Assembly (NCBI GenBank): GCA_028693335.1
Contig: JAQUVR010000012.1
Location: forward strand, 1-11,379
Length of the DNA: 11,379 nucleotides
Source of the DNA: Candidatus Iainarchaeum sp.
Lineage (GTDB): Archaea; Iainarchaeota; Iainarchaeia; Iainarchaeales; CSSED10-239
Direction: 5' to 3'
In this document: in pieces, positions 11,369 through 11,379 of the stretch
Layout: each line of letters starts with the position of its first letter
Position numbering within the stretch: position 1 is the stretch's first letter
Program-made: the position numbers and the translations under genes
The notes under the pieces: generated by a model
Seen by the model: the letters and a program-made list of their open reading frames with translations, nothing else
Databases searched by the model: none
Told to the model about the DNA's origin: nothing

Positions 11369-11379
11369 AGATCGGAAGA
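11369..11379. other. Illumina sequencing adapter remnant (AGATCGGAAGA) at the contig end; not biological sequence
   Basis: The last 11 nt are identical to the first 11 nt of the common Illumina TruSeq adapter read-through sequence AGATCGGAAGAGC.... The match sits exactly at the window and contig terminus. Confidence 0.8.

Overview
AT-rich (roughly 70% A+T by eye, not computed), very compact archaeal chromosomal segment. It holds 21 protein genes (20 on the - strand) and one tRNA. Almost all of it is core translation, transcription and secretion machinery in the conserved archaeal order. Reading the - strand from high to low coordinates: rpl30-rpl15-secY-DUF106(YidC/Oxa1-like)-rpl34e-rpl14e-rps13-rps4-rps11-rpoD-tRNA-Leu-rpl18e-rpl13-rps9-rpoN-rps2, then a TrmB-family regulator convergent with a small dCMP/cytidine deaminase (the only + strand gene), then rpl7ae-rps28e-rpl24e-aIF5B (truncated at the window start). 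Nearly every gene has a GGTGA/GTGA Shine-Dalgarno-like motif 5-9 nt upstream, and spacers are 2-35 nt. The small-metabolism genes that usually interrupt these clusters (adk, cmk, ndk, eno) and rpoK are absent. Together with the base composition this suggests a reduced-genome archaeon, possibly DPANN-like (inference only). I found no CRISPR array, mobile element, toxin-antitoxin or defence genes, and no convincing novel multi-gene system. The unusual features are lineage-specific changes to housekeeping parts. (1) Repeat-built Lys/Glu/Pro/Arg-rich low-complexity extensions on L7Ae, uS2 and uS13. (2) A Kt-7-like kink-turn candidate in the rpl7ae leader that would sequester its SD. (3) A 52-aa minimal L14e-like ORF missing from the supplied ORF track. 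(4) A short TrmB-like regulator with a palindromic operator candidate. (5) A deaminase with Cys replacing the usual His zinc ligand. The last 11 nt of the window match the start of the Illumina adapter sequence, so that contig end is artefactual.
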